From Botryllus schlosseri (lineage: Eukaryota), in assembly GCA_051294905.1 (NCBI GenBank), contig CM119372.1, forward strand, positions 9,860,001 to 9,924,000: a stretch of DNA of 64,000 bases, written 5' to 3'. Position numbers and translations under genes: made by a program. Positions 50,694 through 62,694 of the stretch are shown here, in pieces (within the stretch, counting starts at the first letter, position 1; the number at the start of each line of letters is the position of its first letter). The notes below the pieces were generated by a model, which was not told where the DNA came from, made no database searches, and saw nothing but the letters and a program-made list of their open reading frames with translations.

Positions 50694-53093
50694 TTAGGCC
50701 CAATCTCCGTATCTATCAGGAGGCCGACGGATGCGAGTAGATCGACGGAGAGATACTGCAGGCATCGGACTGCCATCGACGTCGTCTGAGCGATCTACGT
50801 GAGAATCGGTGTTCGTGCGTTCTTTCTCAACTGATCGAATCGATTCTTCAACCACTTGTTCAGGCTCGCGCTCCGGAATCTCCATATCTTCCTCAGTTTC
50901 GGACTTTGAACGCAAGGATTCTGTTCGTTCACGAGGAGGACACGGAGCAAGGTCTTTCACAGATACCGTACTTTCACGACCGTCTCGGCGCTTTACAAGA
51001 GCATACTTTGGATTTACTTCAATGAGTTCGACATATTCGCAGAGAGGATCGCTTTTATTTCGGACGAATTTCCTCAGGAGCGCATCTTTGCTGGATATCA
51101 TCCAATCTGGAATAGATTGACCGTGCATCGATCGACGACAAAATGAAAAGAAACGTTCATGCGGAGTGACTCCGGTGGCAGTACATAATAATGACCTTAC
51201 AGAGTGCAAGGCGTCTGCTAACACCACTTCCCAAGCGCTCTCTGGTAATTTGTGAGATGCGAGTAAAAGTTTAATTGACCTCCATATCGTCTGATTAGCC
51301 CGCTCACATTGACTGTTACCCGTAGGGTGATAAGGTGTGGTACGACTGGTCGCAACACCTTTTCGGATCAAAAACTCGTGGACATCTTTAGAGAGAAAAG
51401 ACTTTCCCCTGTCACTATGTACATAGCCAGGTAATCCAAACAAGGCGAACAACGACGATAAACAGCTAATAACAGTCTGCGACGTCATATCGGCGCATGG
51501 GAAGACGAAAGGGAAACGACTGAATTCGTCGATTACAACAAGCAAGTAAGGTCGCTTTCCAGCGACTGGTCCCTTGAAATCTATACTCACGCGATCCCAT
51601 GCCCTAATAGCTTTTACGAGAGTATAAGCTGCTGGTCTGAAAAATCGAGGTTTAATTTCAGCACATTCTGGGCAATCTCGGCACTCCTTCTTTATTTCTT
51701 CTGTGGAAAAAGGTAAACATTTAGCTCGAACGAAGTGCATCATCCGTCGCACTCCTGGGTGCGACAGTGTTACGTGAATATTCCGTAAGCTCGATCCTGT
51801 AAAGGCACAAACTCTCGACATCGAATCGGCGGCTACGTTGTCTTTACCTGGTCGATGTTTGATGCGGGATTTGAATGCACTTAATTCGAGTTTCCACAAG
51901 GACAATTTTGTATTCTTTATCTTACTGCGATGAGATTTCGCGAATATGAAGGAAAGTGCCTTTTGATCCGTGATCAAGGTAAACGGTTTTATATGAAGTA
52001 AATATCCCCACTTACGTACTGCCTCAATAATGGCAGCTGCTTCTTTTTCTACGGCAGCGTACCTCTTCTCATGCTTGTTCAGCGTTCTGTGCGCAAACGC
52101 TACCGGCCTCCCTCTTTGGCTGAGTATTGCAGCAATGGCGAATTCAGAAGCATCACACTCGATAGTAAATTCTTCATCCTCCAGAATACAGCCGAGACTT
52201 GACCGTAGGAGATCGTTCTTCAATTGCCGAAAAGCCATCAAGGCTTCGCTGCTTAAGGGAAATGTCAAATCGTTGTTACATAGCGGACCAATTTTACCGG
52301 AAAAATTCGATATCCACTTCGAGTAGTAAGAAAACATTCCCAGACAACGTTTCAAACTTTTTCCATCAGAAGGCGCAGGTAAGTCAACTAGAGGCTTCAG
52401 ATGAGCAGGATCGGGCTTTATGGAGTCGTGAGCGACGAGGTGTCCCAAAATGGACAATTCCTTAACACAGAACTTGCACTTGTTAACATTCAGAGTTAGA
52501 TCACAAACCTTCGCGGCGGTTATAAAAGCTTCCAAACGTTCATCATGCTGTTGCTTTGTATCGCCATAAATGGTTATGTCGTCTAGATAAGCGACAGTGC
52601 CTTTCAGTCCGTTGCCTTCTATAAATCTGTCAATAAAGCGTTGAAACGCAGCAACTCCATTAGTGACTCCGAAGGGAAGCCTGCAAAATTGATATAGACG
52701 ACCACAAGCTTCGAATGCAGTAAAAGGCTTATCATTACTTCCAAGAGGTACCTGATGGTAAGCGGACTTCAAATCTATCGCACTGTACCATTCACCTCGA
52801 GCTACTTCATTTACGACGTTTTCAATCTTAGGAAGCGGATACGCATCTAGCGGAGTATAGCGGTTGATTGTTTGAGAGTAATCAACGACCAATCTCTTCT
52901 TGTGTCTGGAGTCCTTTACCACCAATACCTGAGCTCTCCACGGAGACGAGGAAGGTTCAATCACTCCAGATTCCAAAAGTTTTGAGACTTCGTCACGTAT
53001 AAACACCTTGTCATCATTACTGTAGTTTCTGGACTTGGTAGCCAAGGGCTGCACGTTTCCATCTACAAACCGAAAAATACACGGGCGTCTCAT
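50694..53093 (-). CDS. pol: Gypsy pol: reverse transcriptase, RNase H, integrase
   Basis: SPWRAQV, DLKSAYHQ, LPFG, YLDD; CDAS RNase H; H..HPG..C..C zinc finger; DFKG / HSDRG / QCER DDE triad; probably translated fused to the upstream ORF. Confidence 0.93.
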   Translation of the reverse strand: MRRPCIFRFVDGNVQPLATKSRNYSNDDKVFIRDEVSKLLESGVIEPSSSPWRAQVLVVKDSRHKKRLVVDYSQTINRYTPLDAYPLPKIENVVNEVARGEWYSAIDLKSAYHQVPLGSNDKPFTAFEACGRLYQFCRLPFGVTNGVAAFQRFIDRFIEGNGLKGTVAYLDDITIYGDTKQQHDERLEAFITAAKVCDLTLNVNKCKFCVKELSILGHLVAHDSIKPDPAHLKPLVDLPAPSDGKSLKRCLGMFSYYSKWISNFSGKIGPLCNNDLTFPLSSEALMAFRQLKNDLLRSSLGCILEDEEFTIECDASEFAIAAILSQRGRPVAFAHRTLNKHEKRYAAVEKEAAAIIEAVRKWGYLLHIKPFTLITDQKALSFIFAKSHRSKIKNTKLSLWKLELSAFKSRIKHRPGKDNVAADSMSRVCAFTGSSLRNIHVTLSHPGVRRMMHFVRAKCLPFSTEEIKKECRDCPECAEIKPRFFRPAAYTLVKAIRAWDRVSIDFKGPVAGKRPYLLVVIDEFSRFPFVFPCADMTSQTVISCLSSLFALFGLPGYVHSDRGKSFLSKDVHEFLIRKGVATSRTTPYHPTGNSQCERANQTIWRSIKLLLASHKLPESAWEVVLADALHSVRSLLCTATGVTPHERFFSFCRRSMHGQSIPDWMISSKDALLRKFVRNKSDPLCEYVELIEVNPKYALVKRRDGRESTVSVKDLAPCPPRERTESLRSKSETEEDMEIPEREPEQVVEESIRSVEKERTNTDSHVDRSDDVDGSPMPAVSLRRSTRIRRPPDRYGDWA

Positions 53094-54501
53094 CCACTTT
53101 AGCAGCTATCACATTACAGGCATCAGTTGCTGCTGCTGTATCAGCGCTCCCGTCAACGCTTTCACTAGTGACCATCCCATCGCCACCGCCACTTGCTCTG
53201 CCGCTGTTGATGGTTAGATCTCCATCGCCACTGAATTCAAAAACAACTCTTTTATGCTTTTCGAAGAAATTATAGCCTAGAACCAAATCGCAACAAAGAT
53301 CGTCGAGAACGCCGAACCGAACAGACTTATATATTCGATCACCCAAATCCACAGGAACACAAACGAAACCGTTGACTTCGGCGGCGAATTGTCCTGAAGC
53401 GAGTTTGATCATGGTTTGCAGTCCTCTGCCTTTCAACCCAAGCGAAGCGGCTACTTTAGAATCCATGTAATTTTCCCAAGCTCCGGAATCCAGTAAGGCA
53501 CGCAACTTTGCTTTACGAATGTAAGCGGGCACAGTAGTGTTGGACAGCGAGGAACAGCCATTAGATGCAAGAATGGACGAGATTCGAGGTTCAGTGACAG
53601 ACGCAGCTGTTTTCACTACTTGGGATCGACACATTTTACTGAAATGTCCTTGCTTTTGGCACTTGAAACACCTCACGTACCGAGCAGGGCATAGGGCACG
53701 GTCTAAAACGTGACTGTTACCACAAAATATACACTTCGACGATTGACGACGGACTACCGCGACTTCACTTACGTCATTATTCGAAGATGTGGTACAATCC
53801 GTGCGAGCCACGCTATTCACATTAGCGATCTCGCTCGCACCATTATTCGCAGCAATGTGTGCGGATGCGCAATCTATGTGAGCCATGCTATTCACAGTAG
53901 CGGTGGTCTCATATGAACGAGAGAAGCACTCTGCTTTCTCCATAGTGTCTGCAACTTGAAGCGCTTTATCCAAAGATAGTTCCTCGTGTTCCAGAAGACG
54001 AAGACGTATATTTGCTGATCGCAATCCAGAAATGAACGCATCGCGTACAGATTCTTCCAAATGCGTTTCTGCGGTAACCTGCTTGAACTCGCATTTCTTG
54101 CCCAATGTTAACAATTCTTGTGCAAATTCAGATACGCTCTCACTCGTCATTTGTTTTCTGGCCGAGAGGTTATGACGAGCGTAAATAGTATTGTTCTTCT
54201 TGACATACATCTTCTTCAATTTCTCCATTGCTTCAAGGTAGTTCTCCTTATCTTCGATATACGAAAATATCTCAGCAGACATGTATCCACCCATAATAGC
54301 GATCTTATTGATGGCGGAAAGTGCGGGTGAATCCGACCCACTCCCAGACGATGCGGAGCCGGCATTTCTTGATTGCTCAACGGCTTCAATATAGCTCTCC
54401 AGCATACGCTTCCAATGGTTGAAAACCTTCTGCGAATCCACCGCACGTGGTAACACTTCCAACACTGGTACGCGGATGAGCTTCTCGTTGTAAGCAGCCA
54501 T
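53017..54501 (-). CDS. gag: Gypsy gag-protease ORF
   Basis: 494 aa; RDAFISGL capsid-like region, zinc knuckles CIFCGNSH and CFKCQKQGHFSKMC, aspartic protease LLDSGA ... LVLG. Confidence 0.9.
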   Translation of the reverse strand: MAAYNEKLIRVPVLEVLPRAVDSQKVFNHWKRMLESYIEAVEQSRNAGSASSGSGSDSPALSAINKIAIMGGYMSAEIFSYIEDKENYLEAMEKLKKMYVKKNNTIYARHNLSARKQMTSESVSEFAQELLTLGKKCEFKQVTAETHLEESVRDAFISGLRSANIRLRLLEHEELSLDKALQVADTMEKAECFSRSYETTATVNSMAHIDCASAHIAANNGASEIANVNSVARTDCTTSSNNDVSEVAVVRRQSSKCIFCGNSHVLDRALCPARYVRCFKCQKQGHFSKMCRSQVVKTAASVTEPRISSILASNGCSSLSNTTVPAYIRKAKLRALLDSGAWENYMDSKVAASLGLKGRGLQTMIKLASGQFAAEVNGFVCVPVDLGDRIYKSVRFGVLDDLCCDLVLGYNFFEKHKRVVFEFSGDGDLTINSGRASGGGDGMVTSESVDGSADTAAATDACNVIAAKVDETPVYFSVCRWKRAALGYQVQKLQ

Positions 54502-54545
54502 GTCTTTTACGGAAAAGACGACAACGTTCGTTTAGTTAATAAAAT

Positions 54546-54709
54546 TGTACTGAAAACGTACTACGACCTCAACGCAAGTTTGGTTTTTATTAACTAAATG
54601 AAGACTCAAGCAACTAAACGCGGTAAACAAAACACTCAATATATAGGCAGGGTAAGATGCGGGTAATCAACACAATTGGTGTGATCACGAAGAAACAATA
54701 ATCACCACA
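54546..54709 (-). repeat. 5' LTR with TATA-like and AATAAA motifs
   Basis: Identical to 50457-50620; minus-strand TATATA at ~54645 and AATAAA at ~54591. Confidence 0.95.
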
Positions 54710-55229
54710 TCGCCCTATCAGTTTTACTTTTGAAATGGCTAGCAATTTTCAATTCGATTGTTTATATGTCAAGTGTGAGGCGCTCTGATCCCTTCGCTGT
54801 TGCGTTATGCAAAATATGAGCAGGGCAGCCGACTGGGATCAGATGCAATATTTGCTCATTGAGGCGAGAGAAGACGTTGTTTTTTTCCACAATGCTGTGA
54901 TCCTGCAAAAATTCACTGGTGCATTATCGGCAGGATGACAGCTGCTTCATGTCTTGGCCATTCTCTTGAACAGAGGAGAGAATGAAGTTCGTGATCTGTG
55001 CCGAGGTCTCGCCTGGCATCGATCGCAGGTCAGGAAGACGCACTCCCACTCCAACTGATGACTAGGTAGGAAGGAAATCTTGGATTTTTCTACTTTTATA
55101 CAGCGCTTAAATAGATAATTGACAATGATGAACACTCATGTCGTTCTCAGTTATACTATGAATATTAACATGACCTGATGCGAGAACTTTGTTCGTTAAA
55201 AATCAGTTTGTCAAGCCTCCTACTTTTGC

Positions 55230-56060
55230 ACAGAGAGAGAGAGAGTATTTATTTTCATCCAACCAAAATACATAACAAACGGCAGTGACGGTGGTACAGA
55301 AAATATGCATGCACAGTATTCGGTAATAGACAGGAATGATCGATAAGACCGTGAAGGTCATCTAGTCTGATCACACCAGCATCAAACAGGTACATTGACT
55401 CTGAACAGTCTGGCTGTAAAAAATGTTTAGTTAAAAAAGGAAAATAGAAGAAATATTAAACGATGGTAGCAAATGATTAATGAAGCAATGTCTGGGCGAG
55501 GTAGGGCAACAGTGTTAGTAGTATAACGACAGGAGGTGATCAAATAGGTGTTTTTTGAATCTATTATAAGGCAATTCACGGATATGTGGTGGTAATACAT
55601 TCCAGATGATAGGTCCCGAGTAGTCGATAGATCTCTTAGTTATGTTGCCATTGGGTGGGGGTAAGTAGATATTTCCCTGTGACGAGGATCTCGTGTAATT
55701 GGAATGGACATTTTTAGCAGGTATGAAAAAGTCATCAAACACAGGAGGCAGACTATTGGAAAAATATTTGTGAACAACTTTTGATACTCCGAAGCGATAT
55801 AGTTCATCAACCCGCAAAATTCGATGCTTACGGTAGTAAGGCGATAAATTGGTACGTAAAGGTACAGATGAGATCAGCCGCATCTCACGGTTTTGCAGGG
55901 TTCGAATTCTGCACAAAAATGTTATGCATGCATTTCCCCATACTACATAAGGGAAATATATTTCCTCCTGCATCAATTAATCGTTCTACCAAGATGGAAG
56001 GGGAGTATAAAGCTATCAATTTTGTCCTCGGAAAGCTTGCTTAAAAACTCATATGCGTAT
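55230..56060 (-). mobile_element. 5'-truncated CR1/L2-group LINE fragment (RT C-terminus plus 3' UTR)
   Basis: ORF 55515-55976 with YVVWGNA, LQNREMRLI, HSNYTRSS, YSGPIIWNVLP, typical of the CR1/L2/Crack ORF2 C-terminus; 3' UTR ends AATAAA plus (TC)n. Confidence 0.75.
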
Positions 56061-56145
56061 CATCTCTTTTCACTTGTAAATGGATAATTTTCCGTGAAGC
56101 CAACAAAGTGGACATACCTAGTATCCAATTCATATCGATATAGAA

Positions 56146-57335
56146 CAGAGGTCTCAAACACGCGGCCCGCCAGAGCATTTTGTGCGGCCCGCGACGACAT
56201 GTCAGATTTTCAATAATTTTACAATATATAAGTGACACATATATCTTTCAAGTTTTGATGTGAAAATTCCTTTTTAAATTGCTCCGAAAGCCTGAAACTT
56301 TTCATCAAACTTCACTATCCACGACCATGCAGTAGAGATTCCACCACCTTTACAATTCATGATGATAAACCCTGACCCCTAGACGATTGTCGTTTACAGA
56401 ACTATGCTTAGACGATTCGTGACTGAAATTTGTGAGTTAGACTTGGACGCGACCTTTATTAGAATTACTCAGACTCGGGCTGACTTGATGGCCAAATGAA
56501 AATGACTAGAGTGGACTCGGAGTGACTCGGAAAGCCGTGAATTGGTTAGAACCATGGACGCATCAAACTATTCGCGCGTCATGAGAATAGTAATAGATCA
56601 GAAGGTCGCAGTTTGGCATTTCGCTAACTAAGCAAGTAGTTATGGCAACCATTGGCAATCTGTTAGGTTCATCTTGGGTCGCTAAACCATGTTATTAATG
56701 CCACTTAAGGTACCGAGTACCGTAGTGGTACGCTCCAACGATGTAACAACAATGGGTTCTTCGGCGTTCCGACATTTCTATAACTATGGCACATTCATTA
56801 ATACATTTATATTGTTATTTTTCTACTCCAATATTCGAAGGTATTTGACCATGAGCTTAATAACCCACTTATCAGGAGTATACCCGAATCCTGGATTGGG
56901 CTACACTGCTAAACCCCAAATGCTATGATATCAGATCAATCTCTATTATCAATCTGTTAAATTCAAAATATTCATAGTAGCTACAAAATTATAACGTGAT
57001 ACCTTTTATGATAACTTTATATATTTGTCCGCTCACATGGCGTCTATATCTTATAATTATTATATATCAAATACAACAACACTTCTCTTCAAATAGTTAT
57101 AAATGTGATAACTTTTTTCATGCCAGGCCTAAATTGATACAAGAGTAAATCACATTTTTATGATGAGTGTTGAATGTCAATCTGCTGGATTGGCTCACTT
57201 TCAATAGGACAATTTCATCCCGTTAAATAAGGCCTACTTGGAAAGACATGGAATACCCCTATTGATGCTGCGGCCCGCGGCGTCGGGAAAAACTGAAAAA
57301 TTGGCCCACGAGCACATTTGAGTTTGAGACCTCTG
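56146..57335. mobile_element. Non-autonomous hAT (Charlie/Buster-like) element
   Basis: TIR CAGAGGTCTCAAAC / GTTTGAGACCTCTG; TSD ATATAGAA/ATCTAGAA; GCGGCCCGC subterminal motifs. Confidence 0.87.
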
Positions 57336-57344
57336 ATCTAGAAT

Positions 57345-57670
57345 CCTAAATCTACAATCTTTGATGGATCTCAGATTCGAATACGGACTAAGGATAACAA
57401 TTTCATATTAAGAAAGGTGCTCATTGCATGGAATCCCTTCTAGGCTGTAGTAAATCAAACTTTTTGGAAGATCACAAAGCACCCAACTACAAACAGTTGG
57501 TCCGAGAATTGGTATCTGCATATGGAAACCTTGGAGCAAACATGAGCATTAAATCTTACTTCCTGCTCAGTCATCTTGATATATTTTCTGATAATATTGT
57601 TGATTAGAGGGAATAGAAAGGGGAAAGGTTACACCAATACTTCAAAACAACAAAAGAAAGCTATCAGTGC
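57345..57670 (+). pseudogene. Degraded DNA transposase fragment, probably CMC/Chapaev-type
   Basis: Translates with breaks to IFDGSQIR...NFLEDHKAPNYKQLVRELVSAYGNLGANMSIKSYFLLSHLD...GERLHQ; family assignment is from recalled motifs, not a search. Confidence 0.55.
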
Positions 57671-57735
57671 ACTAAATTGCTTACAACCGAAAATAGTACA
57701 AGAACCAATTTTTCTTTAAAATAAGTTATTTAGGT

Positions 57736-58876
57736 CAAGGGTCGGCAACCTACGGCCCGCGGGCCGGTCCGGCCCGCCAAGCGAAATCGTCCGGCCCGCG
57801 ACATAATAATTAGTTATCACAAGAATACGGCCCGCCGTTTCATAATGAGTTTCATCTGCAGTGCAGCACTGCAAGAAAAAAAAAATGCGGCATTTGTACG
57901 ATATAATAGTAGCCTACATCGTATTAGTCTATTGCTACGCCATAAAACGAAGGTGGTTGAAGTAGGAGATGGAGATAGAGTGGACTGGATCAGTGCTTAT
58001 CAATCGGGTGTATCTCGCAACCGAAGGTGTTCCATACTTTTTTTAAAGGGTTTACCACTCTAACGGGGTGTGACAATAATGGTGTTCTTCCTTTGCTTTG
58101 AAAACGCTTGGAACATCTCAGACGCAATGACGAATCTCAAACTGTTCAATCATAGATAACTAGCCTCCGTATGTTAGTTAGCCTATCTATAGTTTGATTT
58201 TCCAGAAGGCATTGTGTGTCAAGACAAAAAACCTGAATAGTGTTTTGGCCACAATGGTGAAAACTGTTAACATGATTTTTGTCTCAATAACTGAATCAGT
58301 TACGCCAGATATTACTAGAAGCAGAGAATCAATATGGCGATGTCATGCGAGCCTATATCTGTCATGTTCGCTCATTGAGTCGAGCAGCTATGCTGACACG
58401 AGTGTATGAACTGAGAAATGAAATAGCAACTTTCCTCGAAAACACAAGCATCGCCGACTCATAATCTTGTAATCGAAAATGGGTATCTTATCTTGCTTTC
58501 CTGGTACATTTAACGTCACATCAGAACAAATTGAATTTGCAACTCCAGGGGGAAAACAACTAAATACATGAGATGTTGAGGCACATTCAAAACAAATCTG
58601 TGACTCTGGAAATGTCAATAGCACAAAGAAAATTATGCTCACTTTCCTATACTGGAGGAGAGAAAACCTAGTACTAACACTACATTTGTAACTCTGATAC
58701 GAAATTTAACTACTGAATATTCACCCGCTTTTCCGATAATATACCGAAGTGAGCGTAAAATATAGCATAGCAATTTACAGCGTAGCTACAGCGTAGTACC
58801 AAGAAGAATTCCGGCCCGCCAAAAAGTTGTGCACCCGAGATTTGGCCCGCGACTAGCAAAAGGTTGCCGACCCCTG
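57736..58876 (+). mobile_element. Internally deleted hAT Charlie/Buster element with transposase remnants
   Basis: TIR CA(A/G)GGGTCGGCAACC / GGTTGCCGACCCCTG; perfect TSD ATTTAGGT; remnants QKALCVK..LNSVLATMVKTVN and LAFLVHLTSHQNKLNLQLQG. Confidence 0.88.
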
Positions 58877-58993
58877 ATTTAGGTAAATACTTGATTATAC
58901 ATGATTGAAGATGTACATGTATGTATAAGGGGTTTTATGGTGCTCGACTACTAGGGTCTTGTGCACCAGGCCTGAGAGGGAGCCATAGTTGAA

Positions 58994-61900
58994 TCAGATA
59001 TGTCTACTCAAAACTACAAATTCTACGACCGCAATAACCATGTGCGGATCAGTCAACAGACATTTCAAGGTAAATCTCACACTGCTACGTTCGGCTACGT
59101 TTTTTAAATATTGTCTCTGGTGATCGTATCGACGACACGTCAGTAGAAAATGTTCGACAGTTTCAGGTACGCTGCACGTTTCGCAGAGACCACTGTCGTG
59201 ACAACCCATGCGTTGGAGGTGTGAGTTTAATTTACAGTGTCCAGTTTGCAGTCGCAATATAATTGCTGATTCCCTCCGCGACAAATTTCGTGGACGGGTA
59301 ATGCATGAGAACGGTGCGTGCATACGAAGGTACGCAGAGTCTCGATCGATGCCATTTAATTCCGACATCCACTTCTCAGTACATAATCCATTAGTGTATG
59401 ACTTCATTTCGGGAAGTGACAGAATCGTTCCGTTTTCGTCGTTGGGTCCAGGTGTGCTAGCGGCCAGTTTTGCGAGTTTATCCGCCCTTTCATTGCCACG
59501 TATTCCTGTGTGAGCGGGAATCCAAGTAAACGTGACTTGTACTCCATTTGTTGCCAAGTCTCTGCAAAGTAAGATAATAGTTTCAATTAAACTATTCGAA
59601 TTGCCATTGTTTTTGATCGACGTCAATGCGCTTTTACTGTCGGAGAATATCGCCAACCGTTTGGACGGCATACATGCGCTGCTCGCCCAATTTAGACTTA
59701 ACATAATTGCGTATAATTCCGAGGAAAATATTGATTGATTGGCGTCACGTGAGGCCCAATGAGAATATTGAACTTCGTCGACCCAAAATGCTGCACCACC
59801 GCGCGTATTTGTTTTCGAACCGTCGGTGTATACTTTCGTATAAGTGCGATAACGCGTCGCTATGTAACGTTCGCATTCCTGACGTATGTATTCAGGATGG
59901 TGTGCCCCGGAGGTGATCAGCGTCAATTTAAAATCGACAACAAGCTGTTGATTCACCCAGGGCGGCCATGCACTCGGTATCCTAGACTGTAAAATAATAT
60001 TTTGAATAGAAGCGGATCTGGTTTTCATATGAAACGTCATAAACTGAGGCGAGTCGGGAAAAAATTCGTGCCAAGATTCTCGAGTTAATGATATGCAGGG
60101 GTGGTTTGGAGTTGCCAGAATCATACTGCGATACTTATAACACGCTTGAAGTTGTCTTATGTGAATTGGTGGTTCCCCGCAGGAATGCTGCAGGGCGTAG
60201 ACTGGCGTGCTCATCATAGCTCCACAACATATTCTCAGAGCTGTGTTCTGAATTTTCTGTATTGCTTGTATGATGTAGAGTGGCGAAAATAAATACGCTT
60301 CACAGCCATACTCAATGACGGATCTAATTAGTGCTCTATATACAGCTAGAAGGCAAGGCTTGCTCGCACCCCATGATGTCCCGCTTAATACCCTCAAAAT
60401 GTTCAATCTTTTAGTACATTTGTCCACGACCGCATCCTTGTGGAGTCGGTACGATAGGCGCGAATCAAATTTGATTCCAAGATATTTATGTTGCTTATTT
60501 ATTGAGAGTGGTGTACCTCCTATCTGAAGGTTCACTTGCGGTAGTTTCCTGCGCTTGGAGAATATGACTGCAGCTGATTTTTTCACATTGACACGAAGTC
60601 CCCATTTCGTTGTCCACTTTAGCACTTCATCCAAGGATTTTTGGATATTTTTCGCCAATGCTGTAATGTTGAGTCCTGTTTCCCATATACATGCATCGTC
60701 CGCAAATAGATTCATTGTGCTGTTGACTGCTGTGGGGAGATCATTAATCATTGCGCTAAACAAAGTCGGACTTAACACACTACCCTGGGGAGTGCCATTT
60801 TCTAGAATGTAGGTATTAGATAGACTCTGTCCTACGCGTACTTGGAAAGTGCGATTGCTGATAAATGAATATATCCATTTCAAGATGTTGCCGGATATTC
60901 CAAGCTTGTGAAGCTTGTAGATCACACCTTCTCGCCATACCAAGTCATACGCTTTCTGAAAATCAAGAAATACTGCTATTGTTGAGCGTTTGTTCCAAAT
61001 TCCTTTGTATATTTCATCATGGAGAGCCATTATGCAGTCTGTTGTCGATCTTCGAGCCCGGAAACCACTTTGCACGGGAGTTATCAGACCTTTGCTCTCC
61101 AGAAACCAATTCAGACGATTCGCTATCATTCTCTCCATTACTTTGCACGTGGTGTTCGTTAACGATATGGGTCGATATGACGCTGGGTCGGACGTGACTT
61201 TGCCCTCTTTTAGCAATGGAATGATTATCGCGTGCCGCCAGTGATCCGGGCACTGCCCATCTTCCCAATATCTATTGAAGATTGACAGCAGATAATTTCG
61301 GCTACATCGGTTAAGATTTCTTATCATCTGATAGCAAATTTCATCGGGTCCTGGAGATGTACTTTTCCCTCGACTTAATGCCCTTTCCCACTCATTCATG
61401 GTGAAAGGCTCATTAATACCGTCGTCTGCTGGATTTTCTGTTTGCATAATTGGTATGATGTATTCCTTTATGAACTCTTGTCGTCTGACCTTAAACTGCG
61501 GATCGAGATTTTGGTCGCTACTAACCGACGCAAATTGTCCAGCAAGCGCGTTTGCTTTATCAGTGTTGTCTGTTAATTTAATGCCTTGGGACTTGAGACT
61601 ATTTATGACGTTCCATGTACGGGTTCCCATCATCGATCGTACTGTTCGCCAAACCTTCGTTAATTTAGAATTGCTATTCAGTGATAGGCAGAAATTTTCC
61701 CAGTGTGATTTTTTGGCAGCTTGAATTGTTTTCCTTGTTTCTGCGCGTTGCTTCTTGAACGCAACCACTGAATCGATATGAAAGGATAGCTTCATTTTCG
61801 AAAACGCCGCTCGTTTACGACGAACTGCTCTGGAGCAGGATTCGTTCCACCAAGGAACACAGCTCTTTCTGTGAGGTTTTGATACAGGAATGCATGTTCT

Positions 61901-62694
61901 TGCCGCTTGTATGATTGCTTGGGAAGCATGTTCAATGGTATTATCACCCTTTTGAAGTCCAGACAATAATTCGTGTTCAGCAATTCGCCTATACCTGTCC
62001 CAATCTGCTTTGTGGAATGACCAAGACCGAAAGTGATTTTCTGGTATAGCGATTGGGATATTGATCGCGTTAAATATGACGAAGTGATCGCTACCAAGTA
62101 AGTGATCTGTGACCGTGGTTTCTATTTTGAGTGCGATATCTTTTGATGCAATGCATAGGTCTAATAGAGATGTGACACCAGAATCCGACGCGATGTTGAT
62201 GCGAGTGCCTGCCGTGACGTTGGTAATCACAAAATCATTGCCGTCTATCACTTCGTACAGGTTCCGCCCATATCTGTTTGTACTGCTGCTACCCCATAAT
62301 GGATGGTGCGCATTAAAATCGCCTACAATAATTGATTTCGAATACAGGGAGTTGAAGCATGCTTCTAGAGTGGTCTTAGAAAGTAATCGATTTGGTGGAG
62401 CGTACAGGTTCGTGATGTTGATCCCTTCAACCTTGATAACTGTGCTTCTATCGGGTCCGATCCGGTCAGTTCGCTTTCTTCGTACTGTAACATTTCCTTG
62501 ATAAATAAGCAGACCCCACCCCCATGGATATCTCGGTCTTTTCGAATAAGCTTATATCCACGGATTTTCGGCTTGTAACGGGACACCAAGTGTGACTCTT
62601 GAAGTGCTATAATCTGCGGCTCTTCCGCTAAGCCTTCTAAAAAATGTTTCAGCTCATTGATCTTTCTATATATGCCGCGGCAATTCCATTGCAT
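58994..62694 (-). CDS. LINE ORF2 (APE-RT-RNase H) with one frameshift near 62440
   Basis: N-terminus MQWNCRG...EAQ in ORF 62365-62694 continues in another frame as IKVEGINITNLYAPP...GDFNAHH into the 1085-aa ORF; FADD RT motif, YTDGS RNase H. Confidence 0.88.

Larger units (their letters stand above)
50457..54709 (-). mobile_element. Ty3/Gypsy LTR retrotransposon, full length, recent insertion
   Basis: Two 164-bp LTRs identical by eye (TG...CA); 5-bp TSD TCGCC (50452-50456, 54710-54714); polypurine tract AAGGAGGGGTGA next to the 3' LTR; gag-PR-RT-RH-IN domain order. Confidence 0.96.
49790..54950 (-). pseudogene. Degraded hAT transposase split by the Gypsy insertion
   Basis: Right flank ...NNVFSRL...LIPVGCPAHILHNA...SHFKSKTD joins the left flank RAMTLKHFCEEL...HTPTR* across the TSD; C-terminal PVSNACV.RVF near 49830; multiple stops and frameshifts. 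Confidence 0.7.
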
